The notes below the pieces were generated by a model. It searched no databases. It was not told the origin of the DNA and was given only the letters and a program-made list of their open reading frames with translations. The position numbers and the translations under genes are program-made. Positions 24,355 through 36,689 of a DNA stretch of 64,000 bases are shown here, piece by piece. Every line of letters starts with the position of its first letter. Position 1 is the stretch's first letter. Source of the DNA: Moniliella sp. 'wahieum' (taxonomy: Eukaryota); the NCBI GenBank assembly GCA_003971905.1, contig RSEE01000105.1, positions 124,001 to 188,000 of the forward strand, in the 5' to 3' direction.

Positions 24355-27300
24355 TTACTCGGCCAGGGCCGGGTCAAACGCATCGTGCAGCAAGTTCTCC
24401 AGTTCGCGAAGATGATGTTTCTTGATGCCGGTCGCGACTGAGGCCGAGGGAGGGCGCGAAGCGCACTTGGCAAACGTGTTGCGGTGGTGCTGCGAGTGGC
24501 AGGCGGCAGTACGCAGCCGCGGACCAACGTAGAACCAACATCCATTGTTCAGTGGTTCCTCCTGCACCCACGCCAGGTCCGCATTCGGGTACTTGTCCAA
24601 GTGCGGCGTCAACTCGTCGTACGGGAAGGGCGAAATCTGTTCCAACCGACTGATCGCCACATCGTTCCGGCCCAAGTCGCGACGACGCTTCAGTAGCTCA
24701 TAGTACACCTGCCCCGTGCAAATAATGTGCCGCGTGATCTGCTCGGGCGGCAGCAGCGCATCTTGGCCTTCAGTCTGGTGCGGCTCGGCAATGTATTTTT
24801 GGAACCCACCGGCACCGGGAAGGAAGTCGGCCACCTCGGAACGCGCCATCGGGTGACGCAGGAGCGACTTGGACATAAAGTGGATCAAGGGCTTGCGGAA
24901 ATCACGGTGCACTTGCCGCCGCAGCACATGGAAGTAGTTAGCCGGGGTGGTGGTGTAGACCAGCTGCATGTTGCAGTCTTGGTGTTGCCGGTTCATCTCT
25001 GCCTCGGTAGGGAAGTGGAACGGATTGTCGTCGCAGAGTTGGAGGAAGCGCTCGATACGCGCCGAGGAATGTTCAGGTCCTTGACCATCGTATCCATGAG
25101 GCAAACTCAGTACCAAACCCGTGCGTTGGAGCCACTTGCGCTCCCCGGAGGCAATGAACTGGTCAATGATGCACTGCGCATTGTTGGCAAAATCGCCAAA
25201 CTGCGCTTCCCACATCGTCAAGTTCTTGGGATCGACCAACGAGTAGCCCAGCTCGAACCCCAGCGCACCGTATTCCGACAGCGACGAGTTGCACACCTCA
25301 AACGTGGCCTGGTGCGCGTCGACATGCTCAAGCGGAGTATAGGTCCGTTCGGTCTTTTGGTCATGGAGCACAGCATGACGCTGCGAAAAGGTACCACGCT
25401 CCACGTCTTGGCCACCAACACGAACGTAATACCCTTCCTTGACAAGCGAGCCAAATGCCAAGGCTTCTCCTGTGGACATGTCGATTCCCTTGCCCGTCTC
25501 GATCGTCTTGGCGCGGTTGCGAAGGATACGAGCCAAGTTGCTGTGAACGGTGAAATCGTCAGGATAAGAGGACACTGTCTTGCCAATGTGCTCGACAAGC
25601 GCTTCGCTGATCCCAGTCTCCTTGTGGTCCAGGATCTTCTCCTTGAGCTCCTTGGGCGAGGGGAAACCCTCCCAGGCGGAAGAGAGCCATTCGCGCTCAC
25701 CGGGATTGTAGTCCTTGGCTTTGACCGCCGACTGCTCCAGCAAACCCCACACCCACTTGCCATGCTCGTCCACCTGCTGCTGGGTAAAGGTTCCTTCCTT
25801 GACCAGTTCCTGAGCATAGAGCGTGAGCGTAGTGGGCTTCTTGGCGATCGCCTCGTACATGCGCGGCTGGGTGAACGAAGGTTGGTCCGTCTCGTTGTGC
25901 CCGTAGCGACGGTAACACACCAAGTCATCATCACCACATCCTTCTTGAACTTGTACCGCCAGTCGGCCGCCAACTGGCAGACAAACGTGACGGCCTCCGT
26001 GTCGTCGCCATTGACATGGAAGATGGGGGCGTCAATGGCCTTGGCCAAGTCCGAAGGGTAAGGCGTCGAGCGCGCAAAGCGCGGGTCGGTAGTAAACCCA
26101 ATCTGGTTGTTGACAATAATGTGGATCGTGCCGCCAGTCGAGTAGTTGGGCAAATTGTACATGCCCATCGTCTCGTACACCACGCCCTGCCCGGCAAACG
26201 CAGCATCGCCATGCAACAAAAGAGCCACCGAGGACTTGTGTTCCTTGTCCCCGGCAAAGTCCTGCAGCGCACGTGTCTTGCCCGTCACCACCGGGTCCTC
26301 CGCTTCCAAGTGCGACGGGTTGGCCACCAGCGACAGAGCCACCTTGCGACCCGAAGGGGTCGGACGGATGTAATTGGCACCCAAGTGGTACTTGACGTCT
26401 CCGCCGCCATCCGAGCCATCGTCGGCACCCTTGAACTGGTTCAGGATCCCCTCGACCGGACGACGAATCACGTTGGCAATCACGTTGAGACGACCACGAT
26501 GGGGCATGCCAATCGTCACGTTGCTGGCGCCGTGTTCGACAATGCGATCAATGAGCGCTTTGATACCAGGAATCAGCGACTCGCCGCCCTCGAGACCAAA
26601 GCGTTTGTCCGTCGGGAACTTGCTAGCGATGAAGCGCTCAAAGTTGTCGGACCACATGAGGCGGTCGAGAATCTGCTTCTTTTGGTCGGGCGAGTACTTG
26701 TACGGCTCGGGGCACTCGATGCGTTCGCGCAGCCAGTCGCACCGGCTGCGGTCGGGAATGTGCATGTACTGGTACCCAATGTGGCCGCAGTACACTTTTT
26801 TGCACGTATCAATCAACTCGCCAATCGTCATCTCCTTGGTCGTGGTGGCGAAATGAGGGAGCAGACCCGATCCCAGAGACACCTTCTTGCTCATGTCGGC
26901 CGGGGTAAAGCCATAGTACTCGAGCGTCAGCTCTTCGGGCACCTTGTTGCGGGGCGCAATGCCCAGCGGGTCCAAGTCGGCCAGACGGTGGCCCCGGACC
27001 TGGAACGCACGGACCAGCAGCTGGACCTGGCGAGCAGAGGCACAAGCACATGCGAGAGGACACGTCAGCAGCAGCGCCCAGCGGGACGGGCGGAGCAAGG
27101 GCACCAGCGAAAAAAAGCGACGTACCTTGAGCGTGTCATCGACCTGCACGGCGGTCGAGGGCCCGAGCGGGGCCTGGATCAGCGAAGCGTCGCTGAGCAT
27201 GGGCGGGGCGTGACGGCGTGCTGGGAGGGCAGGCCCTTGTCGAGGCCCGAGAAGTAGGCGTTCCAGCTGGCGTGGACGCTGGCGGGGTCCTGGCGCCACT

Positions 27301-27486
27301 GGCGGTACATCTCGTCGACGTAGTAGCCGTTGTTGGAGCTGAGGAACTTGTCGTTGGCCGACGGCGGGTCGGCGGGCGCGGCGAGGCGGACGCGGGTGGA
27401 GGAGGCGAGCGTGCGGAGGTGCGGCGGGAGACGCGCAGACACGCGCATGCGCGCGGGCACAGCCGCCGTGCGCAGAGAGGGAGCAT
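24355..27486 (-). CDS. KGD1: 2-oxoglutarate dehydrogenase E1, mitochondrial; intron 27027-27125
   Basis: CCACCATG start and Arg/Ser-rich presequence. Motifs [95 protein letters not shown]. Confidence 0.97.
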
Positions 27487-28484
27487 GGTGGACGCAGAAA
27501 ACGAAACGAGCGGCCAGATACGACCGACGAATATACGAGGCCGCGTCCGCCGTCTGCATCACCCACCACGCGCAGCGCCGCCATTGCGTCACACCCGCCC
27601 GACACTGCCCCCCGGCCCACCCGCCCGCGCTTCGGCCCGCTGCTCACCGGTCAGCGTCAGCTCCGATTTGTGCCGCCCACACGGGGCCCGTGCGCGACCT
27701 CGGGGCGCAGCGGGGGGGCGCTGTCCTGCGCGTCGCCCGGTCATCACGCGCTACAGTCCCCGCGTGCCCGGTATGTTCTGGCGGTAGGGTTAGGGTTATC
27801 TCTGTGTTCGTTTTGCGCAGTGCTCGGCTGCTGAGTTGAGAAGACTCGCTCCTCCCATGTCACACCTACCATGACACACATGACATGTCCCGCTTCACCC
27901 AGCATCGCTCCTGGCTTTGGCATCGCACTTGCTTCGCGTAAGACCGGAGGAACCCAAGGGGTTGGGCGATGAACCTCTGCAAACGTAGAGCAATGCAATC
28001 GCGGTGGTGGTGGTTGGGTCTAAGCCCTGTAACACACCTAGAGGAGACAGGGGTTCCAACAAGCCTGAGTATCGACCTGGAGGCTTCGGAGGTCAAATCA
28101 GGGACAAAGGGTGATAATCGATAAGGCGCTTTGGCCTATGTACGGGACGGCCATTGTTTGGTGATCCTCCGGTTGTGGCACTGACGCAGTGGCACCGATC
28201 CCCCACGCGCCCTGGGTTCCTCTCGAGCACGCACCTCACGGGGGAATCTATGTGCCTGTAACTACTCTCTCTTACATACTGGCTGGATTTTTCGCAGCTC
28301 CGACGACTGTGGAGATGAGTGCGCAGACAGAGTTGCTGCGGCGATTGCCGAGTGGCGCAGCGGGGCGCTTTTTTGGGAGGCGCCCACTCCAAAGCACAGT
28401 TGGGTTATATAGTAGCCTCCCATACGTGCGCTGCCTCGCCACCACTCCCTTCGGGCCCACCACCATCCCCGCTGTGTTTGCAGC

Positions 28485-30879
28485 ATGCTAGCGCGTCTGC
28501 CGTTTGAAATCCTCCTCCAGATCGTCGTTAGCGGCGCACTCAATCCGCGCGACCTGCTTAGCCTTGCCTCCACATGCAAGCGTGCGTCCTCCTGCTGCCA
28601 CAGCGGCCGATGGCACAGCGACCGAGCACGCAAAGCTGACATGGCCCTTTCCCCACAGACCTTCATGCGACACTGGATACAGAGCTGATCTGGCAGAGGC
28701 TCGCGCCACGTCTCCTTCCCATTTGCCCCCACGCATCAGTGGCAGGCGCCGCGCGGCGCTTGGGGTTTGACATCGTCCCCCAAACATGGAAAGGACTGCT
28801 CGTAGCAGCCGAGCTGGTCGAAGAGCAATTTGGATATACTCTCGATGGCCAGGCGTTCACCCCTGTCACCAATCCAGCTCCTTTGGCCGATACCGTACCA
28901 AAAGCCTTCATCGACACGAGGCCTGCGAGTGCAACCAGTCGTCATGATTATCGTGCCGATGACAACGTTGCTTTCAAGCAAGCCCCTCCGTAATGGTGGA
29001 GCACAAAAGACGGCTTTCGGCATGTCACTTCCAAAACGCTCGGTTTCGTAGCGACAAACAGTGGCGCCCCCAATCGGAGGAGGAGAAGCTTGCGTCGTTC
29101 GACCGCATGCCATGTAAAGTCAACCTACGCACCATCACTTGTTGGCCTCCAGGCATTATATGGGCTTACGAAGCGTCTCCTGCATCGTTCTTTATCGGGG
29201 GAGACTTTCATAACGATCTTATCCTACTTTTGTTCTACCGTGTTGACGGGGATGCCGGTGATGGTGCGTATGTGGTCTCCGTTCACCGCGCCACCAGTCC
29301 GCTGGATATCGATATGGAATACAGTGATGAATCATTATGTTGGGTTCATGAGCATGACATTGTCATGCCCTGTGCATCAATTCCTACCCGTGATCACCCT
29401 CTCATCGTCTTGGATGGGTCTACACTTCGGCTTTTGTAAGTCCAACCCTGCCCCCAATTTTCGCATTGTCCTTGGCATCTGATCGATTTCATCATCGTTT
29501 CTCCACCATATCCATCAGAGACATTGATGGCCAACAGAAGTGGTTTTCCGAGTATGCCATATCAACGGGAGAGCCTGCATGCCGGACGGTCCTGGATGCA
29601 CCACAAGACGATTCCTTGGCGCGTCGCTCGCTCAATAATCCTCTCCCGTTTAAAGTCGATTCAGGCTTTCTGTTTGTGTCGTGCAAGAGAGAGCTGTTCG
29701 TTTTTAACCGTGGATCGGGCGCCCGCGTTGGTCACTATCCGAAATGATGCAAAACGGATCAGGTTACTGCTCCAATATGGTACACCTTTCTATTGGTGGG
29801 ACTGGTTCGCCTCTGGACAAACCCTGTTTACAGGACGCGGTAAGCATCCTTTCCCATTGCCTTGTTTTTGAGAACAACAAACTAAATGACCTTTCCTTGC
29901 GCTTCAGGATCCACCTGACTGGTGCTTCGATTGGGGAAGCGATGGTAACATCATTATCTCTTCACTAGAAGTGTTCCCTGCCTCGGACAGTTTTTGCTTT
30001 CTCCTGCACACGCCTCGTGACTGTTCGCCTGTTCCCTCCTATCTCTGTATATTGAAGGGCTATCGCCATGCCTTTACCGGGACCGTCCACACCCACCCAG
30101 CTTGGTTTGTCACGGTCAACTTGGGATGCATTACTACTCCGGGTCCAACCATCCCTCCGACTCTCAACTATGACGGCCGCTTTATGTACCAGACAATCTC
30201 CGACGGCTGGTCATACAAAGTGGACTCTGTCCTGCCAGGTGAGAAGGTCACCATTGAGAACAAACCCGTCCAACCAAAGCCCATTCCGTCAACCCCAACT
30301 TGCGTTGTCTACTGTGGTCCTCGGCTGCGCCTTGGATGCCTCAGGTTGGTCCTTGTTGACTGGAAGTATGCTCGTCTTCCCCATGAAATTCGGTTGACAG
30401 ACATGCCCCTTCGACCGATCCGGGTCGATACGCCAACACCGATGGTCTTGGGTCCTGATCTCATTGTCCCTGATGTCTCCCAGATTGAGAAGGGCAAAGA
30501 CAAGAATCAAAACCAAAGTGGGAATAACAGCGTCCGAGATCCCATGGTTTCTACCCATTCGTCCACTCCCAACCCGCACCCGGAATTCTTCTCGTACAAC
30601 AACAGCTCTACTTCCTTTATTGAGACGGGCAGTATCCTCTTCTCCACAGGGGCATTCTTTGCATTGAAACTATTCGTATGGTACGGGAATTTACCCTCCT
30701 TCTCGCTTTCACCAATTATATTGGAATTGGGGTGCCAAGGCCCGCCAATGGCTCCAAACCCACTGATTCCATCCCATTTGGGACCTTCAACATCCTCACA
30801 GCCTGGATTGGCTCCCTTTCGCTCCACACACCTCATTTCCCTTGCCGCATTTCCGACAGGTAAAAGACCCATCTATTAA
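28485..30879 (+). CDS. F-box protein, copy 1 (introns; 3' end truncated)
   Basis: N-terminal MLARLPFEILLQIVVSGALNPRDLLSLASTCKR matches the F-box consensus LP.EIL..I...L...DL..L..TCK. GTAAG introns at about 29437-29518 and 29839-29907. TATA (ttatatag) lies about 80 bp upstream. Confidence 0.68.
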
Positions 30880-30885
30880 TCCCTC

Positions 30886-31505
30886 AGTCGCGCGCCTGCG
30901 GCGACCAACCCCGCGTTTGACGGGTCTTCCTTGTTACACCCCTTCTTGTAACCCTTTCCCTTGTGATCTTGCCCGTACCCCTGGTTGATGGGGATCCTTT
31001 CCCCCACCTTCCATTCTCGTCATCTCTCGTCCACCCTCAGTATCCTCGTCCTTTCACACCTATCCTGTCCTAACCCTGCCCGTTTTCCAGCTAGAATGAT
31101 CCACTTGACAGTCAGCCACCTCTTGTTAGCGTTCTACTTCTCCTACGACCTCGTCCTCCAGCAATCCGTTAGTCCAGTCGCGCGAGCCCTCCGCTAGCCG
31201 CGTCGATTTCCAGCCTCAATCCAGTCTCAGTTGAGGCAGTCTTTGTCCGCCGCTGCTTCCTCCCATCCCTAAGTCCCGGAGGCTTCAGACATGTTACTAC
31301 AGCCCAAGCCGGTGCAGACGCAGTCTTGCTACACGAGCAGCCGCCCCACCAGAGTCCTCTCCTCGTCCCTAGCTACTGTATGCGCGGATTCACCAACTAG
31401 CCCAAACCCGAAACTACCGTGAGTCGACCTACCGTCGCCTAAGGGATGGCACCCCGAAACCCCGGGCGAGCCCCCTCGCGGGGCTGCCCCGTGAGACATG
31501 TGACA
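30886..31505 (-). mobile_element. LTR-like repeat fragment
   Basis: Reverse complement of about 4145-4850 (ctcctcgtccctagct, cccgaaactaccgtgagtcg, aagggat..acccc). Ends ...CCCCGTGAGACATGTGACA. Confidence 0.72.
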
Positions 31506-31717
31506 GGAAGTGTGCGCGCGATCATGTAACTGCTGAGCGCACCTCGGCCCAGCCCTCAGACTGGGATTTGAAAAACGTCTCTGTGCCTCAGGCACACCCG
31601 AGCACGCCACCGTCCCGTCGGGTGGAACCGCGCGAAGATATGCAGCTGTCCCTCTTCCGGTCTACCCCCCTCGCCACAATTCCTTTTGTTGGCTATATCA
31701 ACTCGGACATATAATAG

Positions 31718-32303
31718 ACGAAGAAGTGCTATCGGATGATATTATTAGTGCCTTCACAGCCTTCGTAGCCTTCGCTTGCTTCGTCTGCTTAGGGTTAGCA
31801 CTGGAGAAGCAGGTATCTGCACCCTAGTTGACCGGTAGAGTGGGGCGCCCCCCCCCCGTAGAAAGGCAGGGGTTTCAGGATGAAGGATGAGATCTGAGAT
31901 CTGATACGACGGAGAATCTCTCCTTTCTATCTCGGAGGGTGGACAAGAATCTGCCAACAACACTATTGCTCGCCGACCTGCACGTGACGGGTGATGGGTG
32001 GAGAGCCGCGAGGAGAAGCCTTTTATTGGGGCGTGAAGCTTGATTGAAGCTTGAAGCCAAGGCGGCTGCCCCAAGGCTGCGTATGCGCCGGCTTGGGGGT
32101 AGCAATGCTAGTAACGTGTCTGAAGCCTCAGGGGCTGATGGACGGATAAAGAGAGACAAGGGAGATGGAGGGAGCAGGGCATGCGCAGCGGCCTGCGAGC
32201 GTCACCGTGCTGGGGCTCCCTGGCACTACCCTCCAACCGAAGCAAGCGAAGACTGCGAAGGCTGCGAAAGCACTAAGAAGATCATCCGATAGCACTTGCT
32301 CGT
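31718..32303. mobile_element. MITE/foldback-like element with ~66-bp inverted repeats
   Basis: 31718-31783 is the reverse complement of 32238-32303 (about 58/66 identical by eye). The interior contains an LTR-family fragment at about 32056-32150. Confidence 0.65.
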
Positions 32304-32470
32304 ATATGATGTGGAGCCGCTGCGGCGATCGCCAAGTGGCGCAGCGGGGCGCTTTTTTGGTATAGCCGCCCACTCCGCTCCACGGTTGGGTTATATAGTA
32401 GCCTTCCATGCATGCGCTGCCTCGCCACCACTCCCTTCAGGCCCACCACCATCCCCGCTGTGCTTGCAGC

Positions 32471-34929
32471 ATGCTAGCGCGTCTGCCGTTGAAGGTCCTC
32501 CTCCGAATCGTCGTCAGCGGCGCACTCAGTCCGCGCGACCTGCTCAGCATCGCCTCCACATGCAAGCGTGCGTATCTCTGCCGCCAGGCACAGCGACCGC
32601 GCAACGCTGACATGGCCCTTTACCCACAGACCTTCATGCGACACTAGATACTGAGCCGACCTGGAATTGGCTCGCGTCACGTCTCCTTCCTATTTGCCCC
32701 CAGGCATCACTGGCTGACGCCGCGCGGGACCTGGGGTTTGATATTGTCCCCCAAACATGGAAAGGACTGCTCGTGGCGGCCGAGCTGCTCGAAGAGCAAT
32801 TTGGATATACTCTCGAGGGCAAGGCGATCACCCCTCTCACTGACCCTGCTCCTTTGGCCGATACCGTACCACAAGTCTTCATCGACAGCAGGCCTGAGAG
32901 TGCAACCAGTCGTAATGAGTATCGTGGCGATCACAACGTCGATTTCAAGCAAGTCCCCTGGGTATTGGCGGAGCACAAGAGACGACATTCGTCGTGTGAC
33001 TTTCAAAACCCTCGGTTTCGCAGCAACAAAGCGTGGTGGCTGCTAAAGCAGTTGGGGCGGGAGCAGCGTGCGTGGTTAGACCGCATGCCATGTAAGGTCA
33101 GCTTGGATACCATCACATGTTCGCCTCCAAGATATGGTCTTACGAGGCGTCTCCTGAATCATGCTTTATGGGGGGAGACTTTCATAACGACCTTATCCTA
33201 CTTTTGTTCTACCAAGTTGGCGCGGATGCCGGCGAAGGTGCGTATGTGGTCTCCCTTCACCGCGCCACCAGGCCGCTGCATATCGATATGGAAAACAGTG
33301 ATGAATCATTATGTTGGGTTCATGAGCATGACATTGTCATGCCCTGTGCATCAATTCCTACCCATGACCACCCTTTCATCGTCTTGGATGGGTCTACACT
33401 TCGGTTTTTGTAAGTCCAACCCTGCCCCATTTTTCGAAATGCTCTTGGCATCTGACCGATTTCATCATCGTTTCTGCATCATATCCAGAGACATTGAGGG
33501 CCGACAGAAGTGGTTTTCCGAGTATGCCATATCAACGGGAAAACCTACATGCCGGACGGTTCTGGATGCACCACAAGTCGATTCCTTGGCGCATCACTCT
33601 CTCAATAATCGCCCCTTTCAAGTCGATTCAGACTTTCTGTTTGTGTTATGCAAGAGAGAGCTATTCGTTTGTGACCGTGTATCGGGCGGTCGCCTTTGGT
33701 CACTATCCGAAATGATGCAAAACGGATCAGGTTACTGCTCCAATATGGTACACCTTTCTATTGGTGGGACTGGTTCGCCTCTGGACAAACCCTGTTTACA
33801 GGACGCGGTAAGCATCCGTTCCCATTGCCTTGTTTTCGGGACCAAAAAACTAAATGATTTTTCTTTGCGCTTCAGGATCCACCTGACTGGTGCTTCGATT
33901 GGGGAAGCGATGGTAACATCATTATCTCTTCACTAGAAGTGTTCCCTGCCTCGGAGAGTTTTTGCTTTCTCCTGCGCACGTCTCGTGACTGTTCGCCTGT
34001 TCCCTCCTATCTCTGTATATTGAAGGGCTATCGCCATGCCTTTACCGGGGACGTCCATACCCACCCAGCTTGGTTTGTCACGGTCAACTTGGGATGCATT
34101 ACTACTCCGGGTCCAATCATCCCTCCGACTCTCAACTATGACAGTCGCTTCATGTACCAGACAATCTCCGACGGCTGGTCATACAAAGTGGACTCTGTCC
34201 TGCCAGGCGAGATGGTCGCCATTGAGAACAAACCCGTCCAACCAAAGCCCATTCCGTCAAGCAGAACTTGTGTCATCTACAGTGGTCCTCGGCTGCGCCT
34301 TGGATGCCTCAGGTTGGTCCTTGTTGACTGGAAGCATGCTCGTCTTCCCAATGAAATTCGGTTGACAGACATGCCCCTTCGACCGATCCGGGTCGATACG
34401 CCAACACCGATGGTCTTGGGACCTGATCTCATTGTCCCTGATATTTCCCAAATTGAGAAGGACAAAGACAAGAATCAAAACCAAAGTGGGAACAACAGCG
34501 TCCGAGATCCCATGGTTTCCACCGATTCGTCCACTCCCAATCCACACCCGGAATTCTTCTCGTACAAAAACACCTCCACTTCCTTAATTGAGATGGGCAG
34601 TATCCTCTTCTCCACAGGGGCGTTTTTGGCATTGAGAGACATTTCATGTGATTCGAGAATGTACCCTCCTTCTCGCTTTCACCAATTATATTGGGATTGG
34701 GGTGCCAAGGCCCGCCGATGGCTCCAAACCCACTGATTCCATCCCATTTGGGACCTTCAACATCCTCACAGCCTGGACTGTGCTTCCCTTTCGGTCCTCA
34801 CGCCTCATTTCCCTTGCCGCATTTCCGACAGGTAAGACCCATCGAATCCACCGGTGGTATGCGTTGGCAGGAAAAGGGGAAAGTGTTATACGGGCTGCGG
34901 CGGACCCGATGGTCGGATCCAAACGCTGA
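32471..34929 (+). CDS. F-box protein, copy 2 (introns)
   Basis: MLARLPLKVLLRIVVSGALSPRDLLSIASTCKR, collinear with copy 1, with an extra 3' segment ending ...PMVGSKR*. Confidence 0.68.
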
Positions 34930-35099
34930 CGCCCACCTGCTCCGCACATGCCCTGTAGAGCGTGCTCCGCAGGCCAACCAAGTGTGACATGTGATGATGG
35001 TTGGCTAAATAGGTGTCGTGGTCCGAAGGGCCATGCGTCCGCGCAACATCCGCGCGACCGTCGCCCTCCGCCCAACCGAGCTTCCACCTCTGTCTCCGT

Positions 35100-35710
35100 T
35101 TCCTTTCCTTTCTCGGTCGCGCCTGCGGCGACCAACCCCGCCTTCGACGTGTCTTCCTTTCTGCAGACCTTCTTGTATCCGTTTCCCTTTTGATCATGCC
35201 CCCCCCCCTGGTTGTGGGGGATCTTTTCTCCCACCTTTCACTCTCGTCATCTCTCGTCCACCATCTACCCGTCATTTCCCGCCTATCCTGTCCGACCCCT
35301 GCCCGTTTTCCAGCCAATTGATCCAGTACATGATGCCTCCTCTTGTTAGCGTCCGACTTCTCCTTCGACCTCGTCCTCTTGCCATCCGTCAGTCCACAGT
35401 CGCGCGAGCCCTCCTCTAGCCGCGTCGATTTCCAGTCTCTTTCCAGTCTCTTTCCAGTCTCAGTTGAGGCAGTCTTTGTCCGCCGCTGCTTCCTCCCATC
35501 CCTAAGTCCCGGAGGCTTCAGGCTTGTTACTCCAGCCCAAGCCGGTGCAGACGCAGTCTTGCCACACGAGGAGCCGCCCCACCAGAGGCCTCTCCTCGGC
35601 CCTAGCTACTGTACGCTCGGATTCACCAACTAGCCCAAGCCCGAAACTACCGTGAGTCGACCTACCGTCGCCGAAGGGATCGTACCCCGAAACCCCTGGG
35701 CGGGCCCCCT
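35100..35710 (-). mobile_element. LTR-like repeat fragment
   Basis: Near-identical to 30886-31476 and homologous to about 4165-4870. The terminus is replaced by (GAGTTCT/GAGTTCC) repeats. Confidence 0.72.
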
Positions 35711-36639
35711 TATGAGTTCTGAGTTCTGAGTTCCGAGTTCCGAGTTTTCTATGCGATCGAAACGCGTACAAGGGATGGTATCATCGAGGACAATATATCA
35801 GGGATGGCTAGCGGCTCCCAACAAATTGGATTAGGCGGCGCACGAAAGCTATAGGCGGTGCGCACACAGATGCGTGAAAAAGTTCGCAACATTTTAATGA
35901 CCTGAATTGTAGTACAGGCTGCCTAGGCGCCTCTTTCCGCATGAGGCCTGAGGCTCAGGCTCAAACGCATGCGTTCCTGCCGCCTGAGGTTCAGGCCTGG
36001 GGTCCCGAGGCTTGAAGCTTGAAGCTCTTAAGGCTCCCGATCTTAAGCTTCAGGCTTCAAGAATTTCAAGCCACAACAAGTCTATTAGTCTCAGATCTCA
36101 GATATCAGAAACTCAGTAGACTCACACGCGGACTCATCGGTCAGGAAGGCTGACCCACCACACCGAGCCTCAAGCTCCTCTCGGCCGCAGAAGCTTGAAC
36201 TTCAAGCCTCAATATCGCACTATCTCAATCTTCAATCTTCAAGGCTATCATGTGGATCAGGCATCTCATACAGCACAGTGCATCAGCCTCTGAATCAAAA
36301 TCAGGGAAAAGAGAAGAGAAGTATAAGGCCTAAGGGTTAGGCCATGCACCATGCTTTGTCGACGAGCGATCGCTTGAGGCATGGATGTATGATGCATGAT
36401 ATGCGATGTATGACGCGTGACGCGTGACGGGTGCCGCTGTCGGAGCCGCGCAACAAAACATTTCCGGGACGAGGCGCAAGGGTGTGTGGGACTCTTGAGA
36501 TTGATGTCGGCGAGGCCGGAGGGCATATGCCATGTGACATATGACATGTGACATGTGAGGCCTGAGAGACCCGGAGAGCCCAGGGTGGGGGCGGGAGAGG
36601 GAGCTCAGCCGGTCAATATAAGTCAACGGCGGGTCAGCC

Positions 36640-36689
36640 CTTGTCAACCCTTGTCAACCCTTGTCAACCACGTCAACCACGTCAACCAC
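36640..36689 (+). repeat. Short tandem repeat (CTTGTCAACC)x3 then (ACGTCAACC)x2
   Basis: Read directly from the sequence. Confidence 0.85.

Larger units (their letters stand above)
28335..35710 (+). repeat. Tandem segmental duplication: 28335-31476 vs 32319-35710
   Basis: Promoter, F-box gene, introns and downstream LTR-like tail align collinearly between the two units. Confidence 0.93.

Noticed and set aside
24727..27257. Long plus-strand ORFs (444 aa and 413 aa), and likewise 20626-21570 on the minus strand
   Set aside because: These are antisense shadows of the GC3-rich KGD1 and INO80 coding sequences.
15809..27486. Frameshifts in RPS4, INO80 and KGD1 read as pseudogenes or programmed frameshifting
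   Set aside because: Single-base indels affect nearly every gene, including essential ones, while the residues stay conserved. This is typical of unpolished long-read error.
27785..27797. TAGGGTTAGGGTT as a telomere or interstitial telomeric array
   Set aside because: Only two units, in a promoter position. It is better explained as a telobox motif.
30108..30700. 3' half of the F-box gene as a diverged copy of the 4145-6418 element (shared TGTCACGG and a few spaced short matches)
   Set aside because: The matches are too short to separate from chance by eye, and the region is an intact ORF in both copies. A sensitive alignment (nhmmer or tBLASTx) would be needed.
28485..34929. F-box copies as retrogenes
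   Set aside because: Both copies keep the same introns and promoter.
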